This document shows, in pieces, positions 18,685 through 26,453 of a DNA stretch of 64,000 nucleotides. A program made the position numbers and the translations under genes. Source of the DNA: Hydrogenophilales bacterium. GTDB lineage: Bacteria > Pseudomonadota > Gammaproteobacteria > Burkholderiales > Thiobacillaceae. The stretch is from positions 3,282 through 67,281 of the forward strand of contig JAGXGP010000108.1 of the NCBI GenBank assembly GCA_024636775.1. Reading direction: 5' to 3'. The first letter of the stretch is position 1. Every line of letters starts with the position of its first letter. The notes under the pieces are model-generated. The model was not told the origin of the DNA and ran no database searches. It was given only the letters and a program-made list of their open reading frames with translations.

Positions 18685-19362
18685 TTAAAAACGCGGAGGG
18701 CTTCCGTTCAACGCCTTGATGGATATTTCACGTGCCTGTTGCTGTTGCAAATCTCGCTGTGATTGTGACAGTTGCGCGAGCATTTGCAGCTTGTTGGCCT
18801 CGTTCTGCATCATCACTTGTTCGGCCTGAATGCGGCCTTGCAAATCGGCTATATCCTTGGCGTCCGGGGTTGCATTCACCATGTCGAGCAACACCTGAAT
18901 ATCAGCGAAGCGGCGGCTGGCTTCTTTGTATGCTTCTTCCGAGGTTGCGCGGTTGATGGCCGCTTGCTTGGCCATACCTTCGAAAGCCTTTGCCACGTCA
19001 CTGCCGGAGAGTAGGCCGGTATCCTCGATGCCAACGACTTTTGCCGCCGCGCGAATTGCCGCCCAGTTGCCAATGCCGTTGTTCAGGATCGTCTGATAGT
19101 CGGCAGGAAGATATTGGCGCGCAGCCGGATTGTTCGCCAGGCTTGCCATTCCGCGCACGCCATTCAGGTTCTGGTATTGCCGCTTCATCTGGTCAAGTTG
19201 CTCTATCATTTGTTGCGCCTGCTTACCCCATGCGATGACCTGCTGGACTTGCTGCGCGATGCTGGTTGAGTCAATGACCGGAATCCCGGCATGGGACGCA
19301 TTGCCCACCGATAGGCCGAAGAAAAGGGCGGCGATGCCTAAAAGTTTTTTCCGCATGTTCAT
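18685..19362 (-). CDS. virB5: Type IV secretion minor pilin VirB5
   Basis: Signal peptide; GIPVID; coiled coil; DAKDIADLQGRIQAEQ motif; strong RBS AAGGAG. Confidence 0.9.
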   Translation of the reverse strand: MNMRKKLLGIAALFFGLSVGNASHAGIPVIDSTSIAQQVQQVIAWGKQAQQMIEQLDQMKRQYQNLNGVRGMASLANNPAARQYLPADYQTILNNGIGNWAAIRAAAKVVGIEDTGLLSGSDVAKAFEGMAKQAAINRATSEEAYKEASRRFADIQVLLDMVNATPDAKDIADLQGRIQAEQVMMQNEANKLQMLAQLSQSQRDLQQQQAREISIKALNGSPPRF

Positions 19363-19415
19363 ACAATTCTCCTTTGCTGTTGACCGAAGTTATTTTCGCG
19401 GACGCGAAAATCGCA

Positions 19416-20474
19416 TCAGGATGCGCGGCGTATGCGATTGCCTCCACTGATCTTGCGATAGACCGCCTGAGGCGTAGCGGCCACAGTACGGGCCGCATTC
19501 GTGGCAATCCGAACATCCGACCGAACTCGGTTGAATGCCCGGCGCATGTTGGTAGGCCGCGTTGCCGACAACGCGCCGGAGACGCCTCCGCTTGCTTTCG
19601 CGTATGACCAGCGCACCGCGCCCAGGGTGGAAACGGCGACACCGCCGCTTAGCGAAGATGCAATGGATGGCATTTGAACCAGCGCGAGAACACCAATTGC
19701 GCTCAACGCCAGCATTGGGAAGATTTCACTGTAGTTGGGATCGGAGCCCCCAGCCGCCGCGTAGGCGCCGAAAACGGCATCGAGGTACATACTGATGATG
19801 GCGAACAGCAGTTTGATCGTGGCGGCAGCCAGCATGACCAGAAACACAAAGTTCAGCGCCTGCCCGATCCACACATCGAAGAAACGCTTGGTGCCTTCAA
19901 ATATCGTCGCCAGGATGAAAATCGGGCCGACTGCCAGCAACACAGCCAGCGCGATTTTTGAGAGCACCAGCAGGAATGCTGCATAAAGCGTGGTGACGAT
20001 CCCGAACAGCCAGACCACCCAAGCCGCCGCGATCATTCCGTAGTCGGGGAGCAGACCCGGCGAGGCGAGGCCCTTTTCCTGATAGAGCTTGCCGAAGTCG
20101 TACATCTTCCCGAACAGCGTATCCAGAAAATTCGCATTGGTTGTGCTGTCGCTGTTGCCGCTGGCGATCAGGCTTGCCAGGGCCTCCGGAGTATTCCACA
20201 GGAAATCGGAAAAGTAGCTGTTATAAAGCCCAACATTCGTCGCCAATCCAACGATGATTGCTAGCCGCACAATCCGTCCAATCCCATCCGTGACCGGCTC
20301 CGAGATGATGCCCCGCATCATCGACCAGCCCCACAACATCACGTAGATCATGACAAGGGTTGTCGCAACGCCCGAAAAGCCGCCAACAATGTTCGATGAG
20401 GTGTCACTGACGTAGGTCGTCAGGACGCCAGAGACTAGGTTGATCGTGTCGGTGAAGAAATGGAAGTCGGCCAT
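19416..20474 (-). CDS. virB6: Type IV secretion inner-membrane protein VirB6/TrbL
   Basis: Polytopic; SKIALAVLLAVGPIFI..F..T.RFFDVW and QMPSIASSLSGG motifs. Confidence 0.9.
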   Translation of the reverse strand: MADFHFFTDTINLVSGVLTTYVSDTSSNIVGGFSGVATTLVMIYVMLWGWSMMRGIISEPVTDGIGRIVRLAIIVGLATNVGLYNSYFSDFLWNTPEALASLIASGNSDSTTNANFLDTLFGKMYDFGKLYQEKGLASPGLLPDYGMIAAAWVVWLFGIVTTLYAAFLLVLSKIALAVLLAVGPIFILATIFEGTKRFFDVWIGQALNFVFLVMLAAATIKLLFAIISMYLDAVFGAYAAAGGSDPNYSEIFPMLALSAIGVLALVQMPSIASSLSGGVAVSTLGAVRWSYAKASGGVSGALSATRPTNMRRAFNRVRSDVRIATNAARTVAATPQAVYRKISGGNRIRRAS

Positions 20475-20476
20475 GA

Positions 20477-20797
20477 TTACTTCCGTTTTGTTTTTGCAGG
20501 TTCAGCGGCGGAAAACTGTTTTTTTGTGCCCGCTAGGCACATAGCGAGGATGCCGCAGAACATTGCGCCGAAACCGACCATTGATTTTAAGGGGGCCGCA
20601 TCGAACAGCACAGCCATCCCTTCGCGGATGAATAGTATCCACGTGAATAGAAGGCAAACGTGAAGCACCGTGCCGCCTGCGTTTTGCATAGACAGAAGCC
20701 AGGCCACACCTTCACGTTTTACGATGATCAGAAGTCGCCAGCTCAATGCCGCCGCCGCTGCCGTTGCCCCTGTCATTGCGAAAAAAGTCAAAATCAT
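20477..20797 (-). CDS. Small membrane protein, first gene of the virB6-virB5 operon
   Basis: About three hydrophobic segments; GGAGA RBS before ATG 20797; 2-bp gap to virB6. Confidence 0.6.
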   Translation of the reverse strand: MILTFFAMTGATAAAAALSWRLLIIVKREGVAWLLSMQNAGGTVLHVCLLFTWILFIREGMAVLFDAAPLKSMVGFGAMFCGILAMCLAGTKKQFSAAEPAKTKRK

Positions 20798-20817
20798 AGC
20801 GTTTTCTCCAGATTGGC

Positions 20818-20841
20818 TTGACAAGCGATTTCGCTTGTCAA
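20818..20841. promoter_or_regulatory. Perfect 11-bp palindrome containing TTGACA on both strands (operator/promoter)
   Basis: TTGACAAGCGA-tt-TCGCTTGTCAA, 20 bp upstream of the operon start. Confidence 0.55.
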
Positions 20842-21152
20842 TATACATATAAATGCTACTGCGAATATATATTGTTTGCATAATTCTATGACAATACTTG
20901 AGCTAGCGATAGTGGCACTTTCGGCGCAGCATTTTGAAGCGAGGAATATGGTGGGTCGTACGAATATAGGAAAGGCGCACGCTCCGAATTTGTATTACAA
21001 ACGTCCCGCATAAGTCTGATTTATGTATTGATTCCGTTCGGACAATGGCCGCGTGCCGCCTTGCTTCTGTCTTGCGTCAGTTCTGTTTTTGTTTTGGTTA
21101 TGTCCGGGAAATGTCCCATTGATGTACAGGGGAACGACGGGGGTTAAACCTA

Positions 21153-21202
21153 GGGCAGGATAGGCGTGTACGCCGCTATTTGGTACGAACCATACCAAAT
21201 AG
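21153..21202 (-). other. MOB-P/IncP-like origin of transfer (oriT)
   Basis: Minus strand reads CCTATCCTGCCC, the RP4-type nic core (YATCCTG^Y), preceded by the perfect IR CTATTTGGTA-N7-TACCAAATAG. Confidence 0.65.
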
Positions 21203-21534
21203 ACACCCCCTTTCGTTCCTAGCGCGCATGTGGCAGACATTCCGCCCAGTAGTCATCCATATGTGATGCGACAGTGCGCCGGTTTTCTTCGTGGTTCGCT
21301 CGACTTTTGTCTAGGAGCGCAAGCATCCAATGACAAGGTGGTAACGCCATAACCATTCCAGCAGTGAGCGGGGGAGCCCCCTGCCCTGGCGCTCCGCGTG
21401 GCTAGGTGGCCCAGCGGATGTATGCAAGACGTCAATTTTTTCGAATAAAATTGCAAACAAACATCAATTAATTATATTTTGCATTAGCATTATTATATAA
21501 AATGCGGTTTCATTTCTTTTTCAGATTGAGCACA

Positions 21535-21807
21535 ATGAAGCTGACGCAGAAATTTTTGGCGATGGCCGCCGCAACCCAATCGCTGGAGCGAACCGAAATT
21601 CACGCGACAGCGAAAGGGTTCACCGTGACGGCCAAGCTACGCAAGCAGGAACCTGAAAAGCTGTTTACCGACCGAGGGGAAGTAAGGGCCTTCAAGTCTT
21701 GGAATACCTGCATGCGTTACCTGCGTTCGATAGGCGTTACCCATGTGACTGTCGATATGACTGAATGGATACCGGAAGCGCTTTCCGTCAAAGAACAGAA
21801 GGAGTAG
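21535..21807 (+). CDS. Small mobile-element protein (plasmid ParC-like hypothetical)
   Basis: RGEVRAFKSW.TC..YL..IGV..VTVD pattern recalls small plasmid/ICE proteins. Confidence 0.55.
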   Translation: MKLTQKFLAMAAATQSLERTEIHATAKGFTVTAKLRKQEPEKLFTDRGEVRAFKSWNTCMRYLRSIGVTHVTVDMTEWIPEALSVKEQKE

Positions 21808-21810
21808 CGA

Positions 21811-22395
21811 ATGCAAAAACTGGTCGTGTTATCAGTCGTCCTGATTCTGGCGGCGTGCGGAGAAAAGCAACTTACCGAATCGGACTTCAAGGCCGCGTTG
21901 GATAAAGGATTCGAGAAAGAAGGCCCGATATGTGTGCCGCTCGACAAAAGCTTCCCAGCAACAATAAATCAGATGGAGCAGAAGTTTGGCGTTGGCCGGA
22001 CGCTGACGGCTCTTGAAGGCGCGGGTCTGTTGTCTTCAGCGACGGATGGCAAAGTCAGGCGTTATGAAGTAACGGACGCGGGACAAAAATTCTACACCGA
22101 GCGCGACGGGCAGTCCGTTGGCCTGACCGTGCAAAAGGTGAAGCACGGTTTCATGTGCTTCGCTGATATGCGCTCGGACAAGGTTGTCCGGTGGGATGCC
22201 CAAGCCGATCAGGGCTTTTCCGTTACTTACACATACCGGCTTGAGAACGTTGCGCCGTGGGCGTCTGCCCCGAGCGTCATTCAAGCCATGCCCAAGCTAG
22301 CAATTTGGATCAACGGCGCGCTGAAAACCGAGCGCAAGATTTTCATCAGAAAGACCGCGAGCGGTCTTGAGGCGATAGAGAACAACAGCCTTTGA
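21811..22395 (+). CDS. Lipoprotein of unknown function
   Basis: Lipobox LAAC after a hydrophobic signal; AAGGAG RBS. Confidence 0.75.
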   Translation: MQKLVVLSVVLILAACGEKQLTESDFKAALDKGFEKEGPICVPLDKSFPATINQMEQKFGVGRTLTALEGAGLLSSATDGKVRRYEVTDAGQKFYTERDGQSVGLTVQKVKHGFMCFADMRSDKVVRWDAQADQGFSVTYTYRLENVAPWASAPSVIQAMPKLAIWINGALKTERKIFIRKTASGLEAIENNSL

Positions 22396-22419
22396 GCCGG
22401 CCAAGTCGAACGCGAACCA

Positions 22420-22643
22420 TAGAGGGAAAGCCATAAAGACAATCAGCCTGCGAGAAGTTTATGCGTTGTGCGACCAGGCGAACTGGGTATGCGCTGCAAT
22501 TAGAGATTGGCGGCGAGCGGCACGAGGTTTCCGGCGACGACAGGGCATGCCTGTATTTCCGCACCATCGAGCACGTCCTTGACTTGCTGATCGACGCACC
22601 GGAACTTGCATCTGTCCCCCGACTGGAATCAAACTTAATTTAG
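22420..22643 (+). pseudogene. Possible degraded small gene, weakly similar to 21535-21807
   Basis: RBS followed by ATA instead of ATG, then a frame change into the GYALQLEIGG...LYFRTIEHVLDLL frame. Confidence 0.3.
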
Positions 22644-23765
22644 TCGCTTAGCCAAGTCCTCAGCGCGCGGATGGTAATACCGCATGAGCATACGCGGATC
22701 TTTGTGCCCCGTAATTTTCGTCAGCTCATGCATGGGGAAGATCGAGGCCAGACGCGAGATGGCCTCGTGCCGCAAGTCGTGAAACCGTAGGTCAGTCAGA
22801 AATTTGCCATCAGGCCGCTGCTTGGCTGCCTTGCATTCCTTAATGTAGAGCTTGCGGGCACGCGATACGGCACGCTCAAAGGCTCTGGTGACAGCATCGC
22901 TGCGAATCCTGAATACCCGGCCGACGTTGGCCTCCTCACTATCGCCTGACTCGTCCCAGGAGTCATCACCAACGTCTTTTAGCGCTTTAAGCACCGCAAC
23001 GGCGCGCGAGGATAGGGGCACGTCACGGGTACTGCCGTTCTTCGTGGACGGAAGGTGCGCCACTCGACGGTTGAGGTCAATGTGTTCCCACCGCAGCGTC
23101 ACGATTTCGCCCCGGCGCATTGCCGTTTCGACAGCAAGCCAGATGATGGACGGCAGCAGCGCCGAACCGCTGGCGGCCACGGCCCGTTCAAGTTCGCCAT
23201 CCTGCGGGCCACGATCCGATTCACCAACTTCTGAACATTGAGCGTCGTGACCCAAATCGCCAGTGGCGATGCGCCGTGTTCGCGCGTTGTTAGGTTGAGG
23301 CTTGCGCACCAACTCAACCGGGTTGGAGAGACTCTCCATGCCCCATTCTTTACGGGCGATATTGAAAACATGAGAAAGCACCGCCAAGCGGCGCAGTACC
23401 GTCGCGGGCTTGTAGTCTTTTAGCCACTCATCACGCAACCTCGCCACATCCGCGCCGCGAATTCCTGCCAAGGGCCGCTTCGCTAAGTCCACAGCTTTAA
23501 TGGTGCGAAGCATCGACCCTTCCTGAGCTGCGCCCTTCTTCGCGGGCACAATTTCAGTTTCGTACCGTATGAGTGCCTCAAAGAGCGTTGTAGCCTCAGC
23601 TTCACCACGACTGACCCAGATACCTCGAGACATCTCGGATTCGTTCATTTTTGCCCAAGCTTCGGCTTCGGCTTTAGTGTTGAATGTTTTGCTCTGAGCC
23701 GGGTAGCCACGTCGGCGAATCTGCGCTTCCCACTGGTGTTGACCACGCTTTCGTATTGTCGCCAT
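22635..23765 (-). CDS. Tyrosine recombinase/integrase (Rci/phage-integrase-like)
   Basis: Catalytic R (TAMRRGE), K (TKNG), HDLR, GH and Y (MLMRYYH); N-terminal arm-binding MATIRKRG..WEAQIRRRG. Confidence 0.95.
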   Translation of the reverse strand: MATIRKRGQHQWEAQIRRRGYPAQSKTFNTKAEAEAWAKMNESEMSRGIWVSRGEAEATTLFEALIRYETEIVPAKKGAAQEGSMLRTIKAVDLAKRPLAGIRGADVARLRDEWLKDYKPATVLRRLAVLSHVFNIARKEWGMESLSNPVELVRKPQPNNARTRRIATGDLGHDAQCSEVGESDRGPQDGELERAVAASGSALLPSIIWLAVETAMRRGEIVTLRWEHIDLNRRVAHLPSTKNGSTRDVPLSSRAVAVLKALKDVGDDSWDESGDSEEANVGRVFRIRSDAVTRAFERAVSRARKLYIKECKAAKQRPDGKFLTDLRFHDLRHEAISRLASIFPMHELTKITGHKDPRMLMRYYHPRAEDLAKRLN

Positions 23766-23858
23766 TATCTTTGCCAACTCTTTCAGGGTGTGGCAATATT
23801 GTGGCAAATAATCATATGTTAAGCAATTAACATTGATTTATATGCCTATGTTTTTACA

Positions 23859-23903
23859 TTCGCAATGCAGAGGTCGGGAGTTCGATCCTCCTCCGCTCCA
23901 CCA
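23859..23903 (+). other. att site: 3' half of a tRNA-Ala(CGC)
   Basis: TTCGCAATGCAGAGGTCGGGAGTTCGATCCTCCTCCGCTCCACCA; shares a 21-nt T-arm segment and CTCCACCA with the tRNA at 18187. Confidence 0.85.
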
Positions 23904-23935
23904 CATTCGAATGTGGCACCTAAACGTACATATTC

Positions 23936-23960
23936 CAAAAAAGACCCGCCATAAGGCGGG
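23936..23960 (-). terminator. Rho-independent terminator downstream of the PEP-CTERM gene
   Basis: CCCGCC-ataa-GGCGGG hairpin with a T run on the minus strand. Confidence 0.55.
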
Positions 23961-24098
23961 CCAAGGATGCGCGTGAACGCATTCGGTACAGCGTGAACCC
24001 GGCATCGCCCGGATGAGCAAAGCAGTTTTGAGGCGGATCACACCTTGAACCCTGGCAACTTAATTCGCCAGTATCCATTTTAATTATGTCTGCATTAT

Positions 24099-25040
24099 TT
24101 ATGCGTGAAGGGTGCGACGGCGCTTGGTCGCCCACCCGACCAGCCCCAGCCCCGCCAGCATCATGGCGTAGGTTTCTGCCTCGGGGACGGCCTGGACGTA
24201 CAATCCAGAAGAACTCAGCAACTGCGACCCAACCGGCAATGCCAGGCTGTCACTCAGGGAAGTCAAGGTGAAATCCGCCATGCCACCGTTCACGGCATTG
24301 ACGCCGAGCATGACCGTCAGGGCGAAAGGCTTATCGTAGGCAAAGGTAAATTCGCCTTCAAGCTCCTGTCCCAGCGCCGATTTACCCTTGCCCGACAGGC
24401 TGAAACTCTGGTTGACGAGAGCTTGGCTATTGTCGGCTTCGCCGCATAGGATGTAGCAGTTGGTGCTGGGGGTATAGCCTATATTCAGGCTGAAGCTTGC
24501 CGATCCGTTTTTGCCCGAAGACAGTACGCCGTCCAGCATGGAGGCAAAGCTCGCCGTGCCGGTCCCGGTTCCGCCGGAAATCACGAACCAGTCGCTCCAC
24601 GTCGAGCTAGCGCCGGCAGCGCTGCTGCCGTTGCCGCTGCCCGCAACCCACTTGGTTTCCACACGCGCCTTGGCCAAACCGGTTTCCGCAAAGGCTTCGG
24701 CGCGATAGCCATAGCCTTTGCGATTCAGCTCCAGCTCCACCAACGAGCCATCCGGACTCGAGTCGCTTTCGCTGAAATTGCCGCTGCTCGTCCCGACGGA
24801 ATAATTCATGCTCCCATTTGCGCTGGATGATGCGGGAGGCGGCTGGATAATGAGACCTGGATTCTGGATGGTGTTGCCTGGATTCCGGACGGAGATCGAT
24901 CCCGCATTCACGATACGGTCTGTGATCCCTCTACCGGTTGTGATCGTAACGCTCGCCTGGGCGCCGACGCTAGCCATCACCAGACCTGCCAGGAGCAGGG
25001 ATTGAGGTAAACCAACCTGTTTTACTTTCACGCGCTTCAT
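24099..25040 (-). CDS. PEP-CTERM sorting-domain surface protein
   Basis: Signal peptide; Ser/Gly-rich body; C-terminal VPEAETYAMMLAGLGLVGWATKRRR. Confidence 0.9.
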   Translation of the reverse strand: MKRVKVKQVGLPQSLLLAGLVMASVGAQASVTITTGRGITDRIVNAGSISVRNPGNTIQNPGLIIQPPPASSSANGSMNYSVGTSSGNFSESDSSPDGSLVELELNRKGYGYRAEAFAETGLAKARVETKWVAGSGNGSSAAGASSTWSDWFVISGGTGTGTASFASMLDGVLSSGKNGSASFSLNIGYTPSTNCYILCGEADNSQALVNQSFSLSGKGKSALGQELEGEFTFAYDKPFALTVMLGVNAVNGGMADFTLTSLSDSLALPVGSQLLSSSGLYVQAVPEAETYAMMLAGLGLVGWATKRRRTLHA

Positions 25041-25139
25041 GGATTGCTCCTTTGATTGATATGGATGTTCGAAAAACGGCTGGATGCCCGCCCACGCAAA
25101 TCACGCAAATCTCCAGTCGAAAGCTGTAAAACCGTTCAG

Positions 25140-25720
25140 CCTTGCGGCCGCCTACCCACTGCCGGTTCGCTGGACGCAACCGCGCCCGAGCCAACAAAAC
25201 TCAGCGCACGCCAGAGGGATCTGCAAAAAAAAACGCAGCGCCTTACAGGCGTGCGCATGAGATATCGCTGGACTGTCGTCCAGCGAAACAGAAAGGGACG
25301 GGCATGGGAGATACCCCGTCCTGGCGCCCAGACATCGACGCCCACTGCTATTCACGCGCACTGCTTGTACTTTATTTTTTGCAGATTTTCGGTCTGGAAA
25401 CGCCGGTGCTACGCCCGGCTTGCGCTACCAGTCCCGCTGCTTTTATCTACAATATCTATCCACCTTGCGGCATACCACGCATCCGGCTCACCGATCCAGC
25501 ACACCGGATCGCCAAGCCCAAACACACGCCAAAACGGAATCTGCAATAGAAAATTCGCGCAGCACCATCTCGGCGTGCGCATGGGATATCGCTGAATGGA
25601 GATTCAACGATCACAGGATGCAGCAAGCCCTGGGAGAGAGCCTGCCTGGGCATCTGAACAACGATGCCCACTGCTTTTCACGCGCACTGCTTATTGCTTT
25701 ATTTTGTCCAGCTTTTGCAT
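25140..25720. repeat. Degenerate tandem duplication, period ~325 bp
   Basis: 25248-25270 vs 25572-25594 match at 22/23; 25336-25366 vs 25662-25692 match at 29/31. Confidence 0.75.
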
Positions 25721-26139
25721 TTCGTCGCGGGCTTCGAATCTGTTGTTCGAATGCTTCCGCGACTGAGGTGAATCTTATCGGGGGAATATGTCAGGGCTTC
25801 GGGTTGAAATGCGCGTGGTAATGAGCTTTTCGGCTCATAACAACGATGTGGCGAATCAGCAGACACGGTGGCATCGGCACATCGCCATCGTTGACGCCGC
25901 TATCACTGGCGGATGCCACGCTGAAAATCTGCATCAGCGATTACGCCGCCCTTTACTGATTGAGCCCGGCTTCGTGGCTTCGAGCGTGCAGAGGTCCGCA
26001 GTGTTCAGAGCGACGGTTTAGGGACTGATGTTGCACACGGTGGGTGTCTGCAAGGCGATACCCGCCGGCATCAGGAACCGGCGTCACGCCTGCCTTGATC
26101 TGCGCGGATGTGAGGGGTGAGCTTTAAGCTGGTTCAGCA

Positions 26140-26386
26140 CGGCGATGAAATGTGCGCGGCTGAGGTTCAATTCCATTTCGGCCACGGGCTTTCAACGTTG
26201 ACGATTACACTTCGCACCACCAGAAGGGGCTGGAATGCTTTCAGCGGCGCGAGTTTGAATTCGAGCTGCTAATCGATCCCTGCAGGGTGGCCCGGGCGTC
26301 ACCGATCCGATTCCTTGACCCAGCATGAGATACGCCTTCACCATGCGCTGACGTCCCGCCATGTTTACAGCGGATACGTTATCCAT
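26140..26386 (-). pseudogene. Remnant of a NarX/PilJ-type N-terminal sensory-domain gene
   Basis: AVNMAGRQRM..KAYLMLGQG resembles the INxAGRQRMLSQR P-box with an internal deletion; the frame then breaks. Confidence 0.5.
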
Positions 26387-26453
26387 CTGTATCTTCGTCG
26401 CCAGGAACCATACGAAAACCGCCTAACAAATGCGGGCAGACTGAACGGGTCCG

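Larger units (their letters stand above)
18263..23903. mobile_element. Small tRNA-Ala-associated integrative, probably mobilisable element (int, oriT, VirB5, VirB6, lipoprotein)
   Basis: Bounded by the intact tRNA and a tRNA-Ala 3' fragment next to a tyrosine integrase; contains T4SS subunits and an oriT-like site. Confidence 0.8.

Noticed and set aside
18685-20474. Complete conjugative ICE/T4SS
   Set aside because: Only VirB5 and VirB6 are present; no VirB4, VirB8-11, VirD4 or relaxase.
20995-21456. ORFs 20995-21240 and 21253-21456 as relaxase or Rep genes
   Set aside because: Short, with no HUH or Rep motifs; the first overlaps the oriT-like site.
23859-23903. Second functional tRNA
   Set aside because: The D-arm and 5' acceptor strand are absent; it is only a 3' half.
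25140-25720. c-di-GMP or cobalamin riboswitch
   Set aside because: The diagnostic conserved motifs could not be found on either strand by eye.
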